DNA of 64,000 nt from the NCBI GenBank assembly GCA_964270895.1, contig OZ185437.1; one strand, 5' to 3'. This DNA is from Podarcis filfolensis (taxonomy: Eukaryota). A program made the translations under genes and the position numbers. Positions 62,917-64,000 of this stretch are shown piece after piece; within the stretch, counting starts at the first letter, position 1, and every line of letters starts with the position of its first letter. The notes under the pieces were generated by a model. The model was not told where the DNA came from, made no database searches, and worked only from the letters and a program-made list of their open reading frames with translations.

Positions 62917-64000
62917 TACTTATGAGTGGGTCCTCAACCCTGTCCCCACAGCTTTGACAAGTTCACCAGGGGATTGTCTACTCAACACTTTGTGTTTCAC
63001 AAAAGCAAGCTACATGGAAATGTAGCAAACTGCCTTTCCATCATGTTTCCCCACATGGCACAGCAACCCCCCTTTGAAAATGGGACACATCTCCAATGCA
63101 ATTTATGCCACAACACAAGGGTCTGCACTTCACATGTAAAAGAAAACTACATTTGGGCTTGAGCAGTTGTCTGGAACTGGAAGAGCCTTCAACACCGCAG
63201 CCCAGAGGATTTTAGGTGGGTAGGAAACGGCACAAAAAGAAAAAAGCCACGTGCAGAGACAGCAAATAAAAAGACTTTAGAAGGATATCCTTTTGAAATT
63301 TCTCTAAACTTGGTCTCAAAAACCAGGATTGTTCTTTCATTCAGAGGACTAATATTTAAGAAACATGTTGGTCTCTAATATGAGCAATTAATTAACCATG
63401 TTATAATAAGCATCTACCACCTCGACTAGAAGTTATACTCAGCAGTCTTTGGGACTATTGAAAAGAAACTTTTGCTCAGTCCCTTTTATCTGCTGCAGTT
63501 TTAAGAGACACAAGGGAATTGCTACGGACCCACAAAGTGGCATTTGCAAAATGCATAAAGACCTCACTATCCCAATGCAGATCACTGTTCTGCAGTTCTC
63601 CCCAGCAAGCCAACAGCTCTAGCTGGCAGAGAATTGTATCTATGGCTAAAGGCCCCCTTTGATGTGAATTCACCAGCTACTGTCCTTGTGAAAAGTCAAC
63701 ACTGAGCAATTAGAATTCTGGCTACACCCTAACCTGCAAACTGCCAGAGTTTCAACCATTCTCCAGGTGACCGTTTTTAAGAGTCTGCACTGCTTGTTGA
63801 CATTAGAAGATTGGTTTGTCATAAGCCTTTGTTCTGCCACACAAATAAGCTGGTCCAGTTACATTCTGTGGAAGTGGAAAAAACTACCTTGAAAAAGTTG
63901 TGATTTATCAGTCACGTATAGGCAGCATGAGAGGCTTATGGCAGACAATGAACAGCAGAGCAGGAATGCCAGTGCCTGAAAAAATATCAAGGACAGTTTA

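Overview
Vertebrate (squamate, probably lacertid lizard) genomic DNA with two convergent, tail-to-tail multi-exon genes, as at human 1q42.13. On the + strand is the 3' end of CDC42BPA (MRCK-alpha): six constitutive coding exons (424-17683; CNH end, CRIB motif, C-terminal tail) and a probable ~4.3 kb 3'UTR. A seventh, frame-preserving 186-nt cassette exon (9361-9546), absent from the supplied ORF track, encodes a second CRIB-like motif. On the - strand is the complete coding region of COQ8A/ADCK3: 14 coding exons, 62205 to 26170, 1953 nt = 650 aa + stop, all GT-AG with consistent phases. Its promoter and non-coding first exon probably lie beyond the window. Introns carry many repeats: L2, CR1 and L1-like LINE fragments, Sauria and other tRNA-derived SINEs, and hAT and Tc1/mariner MITEs, several with readable TIRs and TSDs and one nested. 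There are two assembly gaps. Nearly all ORFs in the track are non-coding noise. I found no clearly new biological system. The best lead is the second-CRIB cassette exon with its distant-branch-point, CU-rich and QKI-motif splicing architecture. Gene, homology and repeat-family identities come from recall and manual reading, not database searches.
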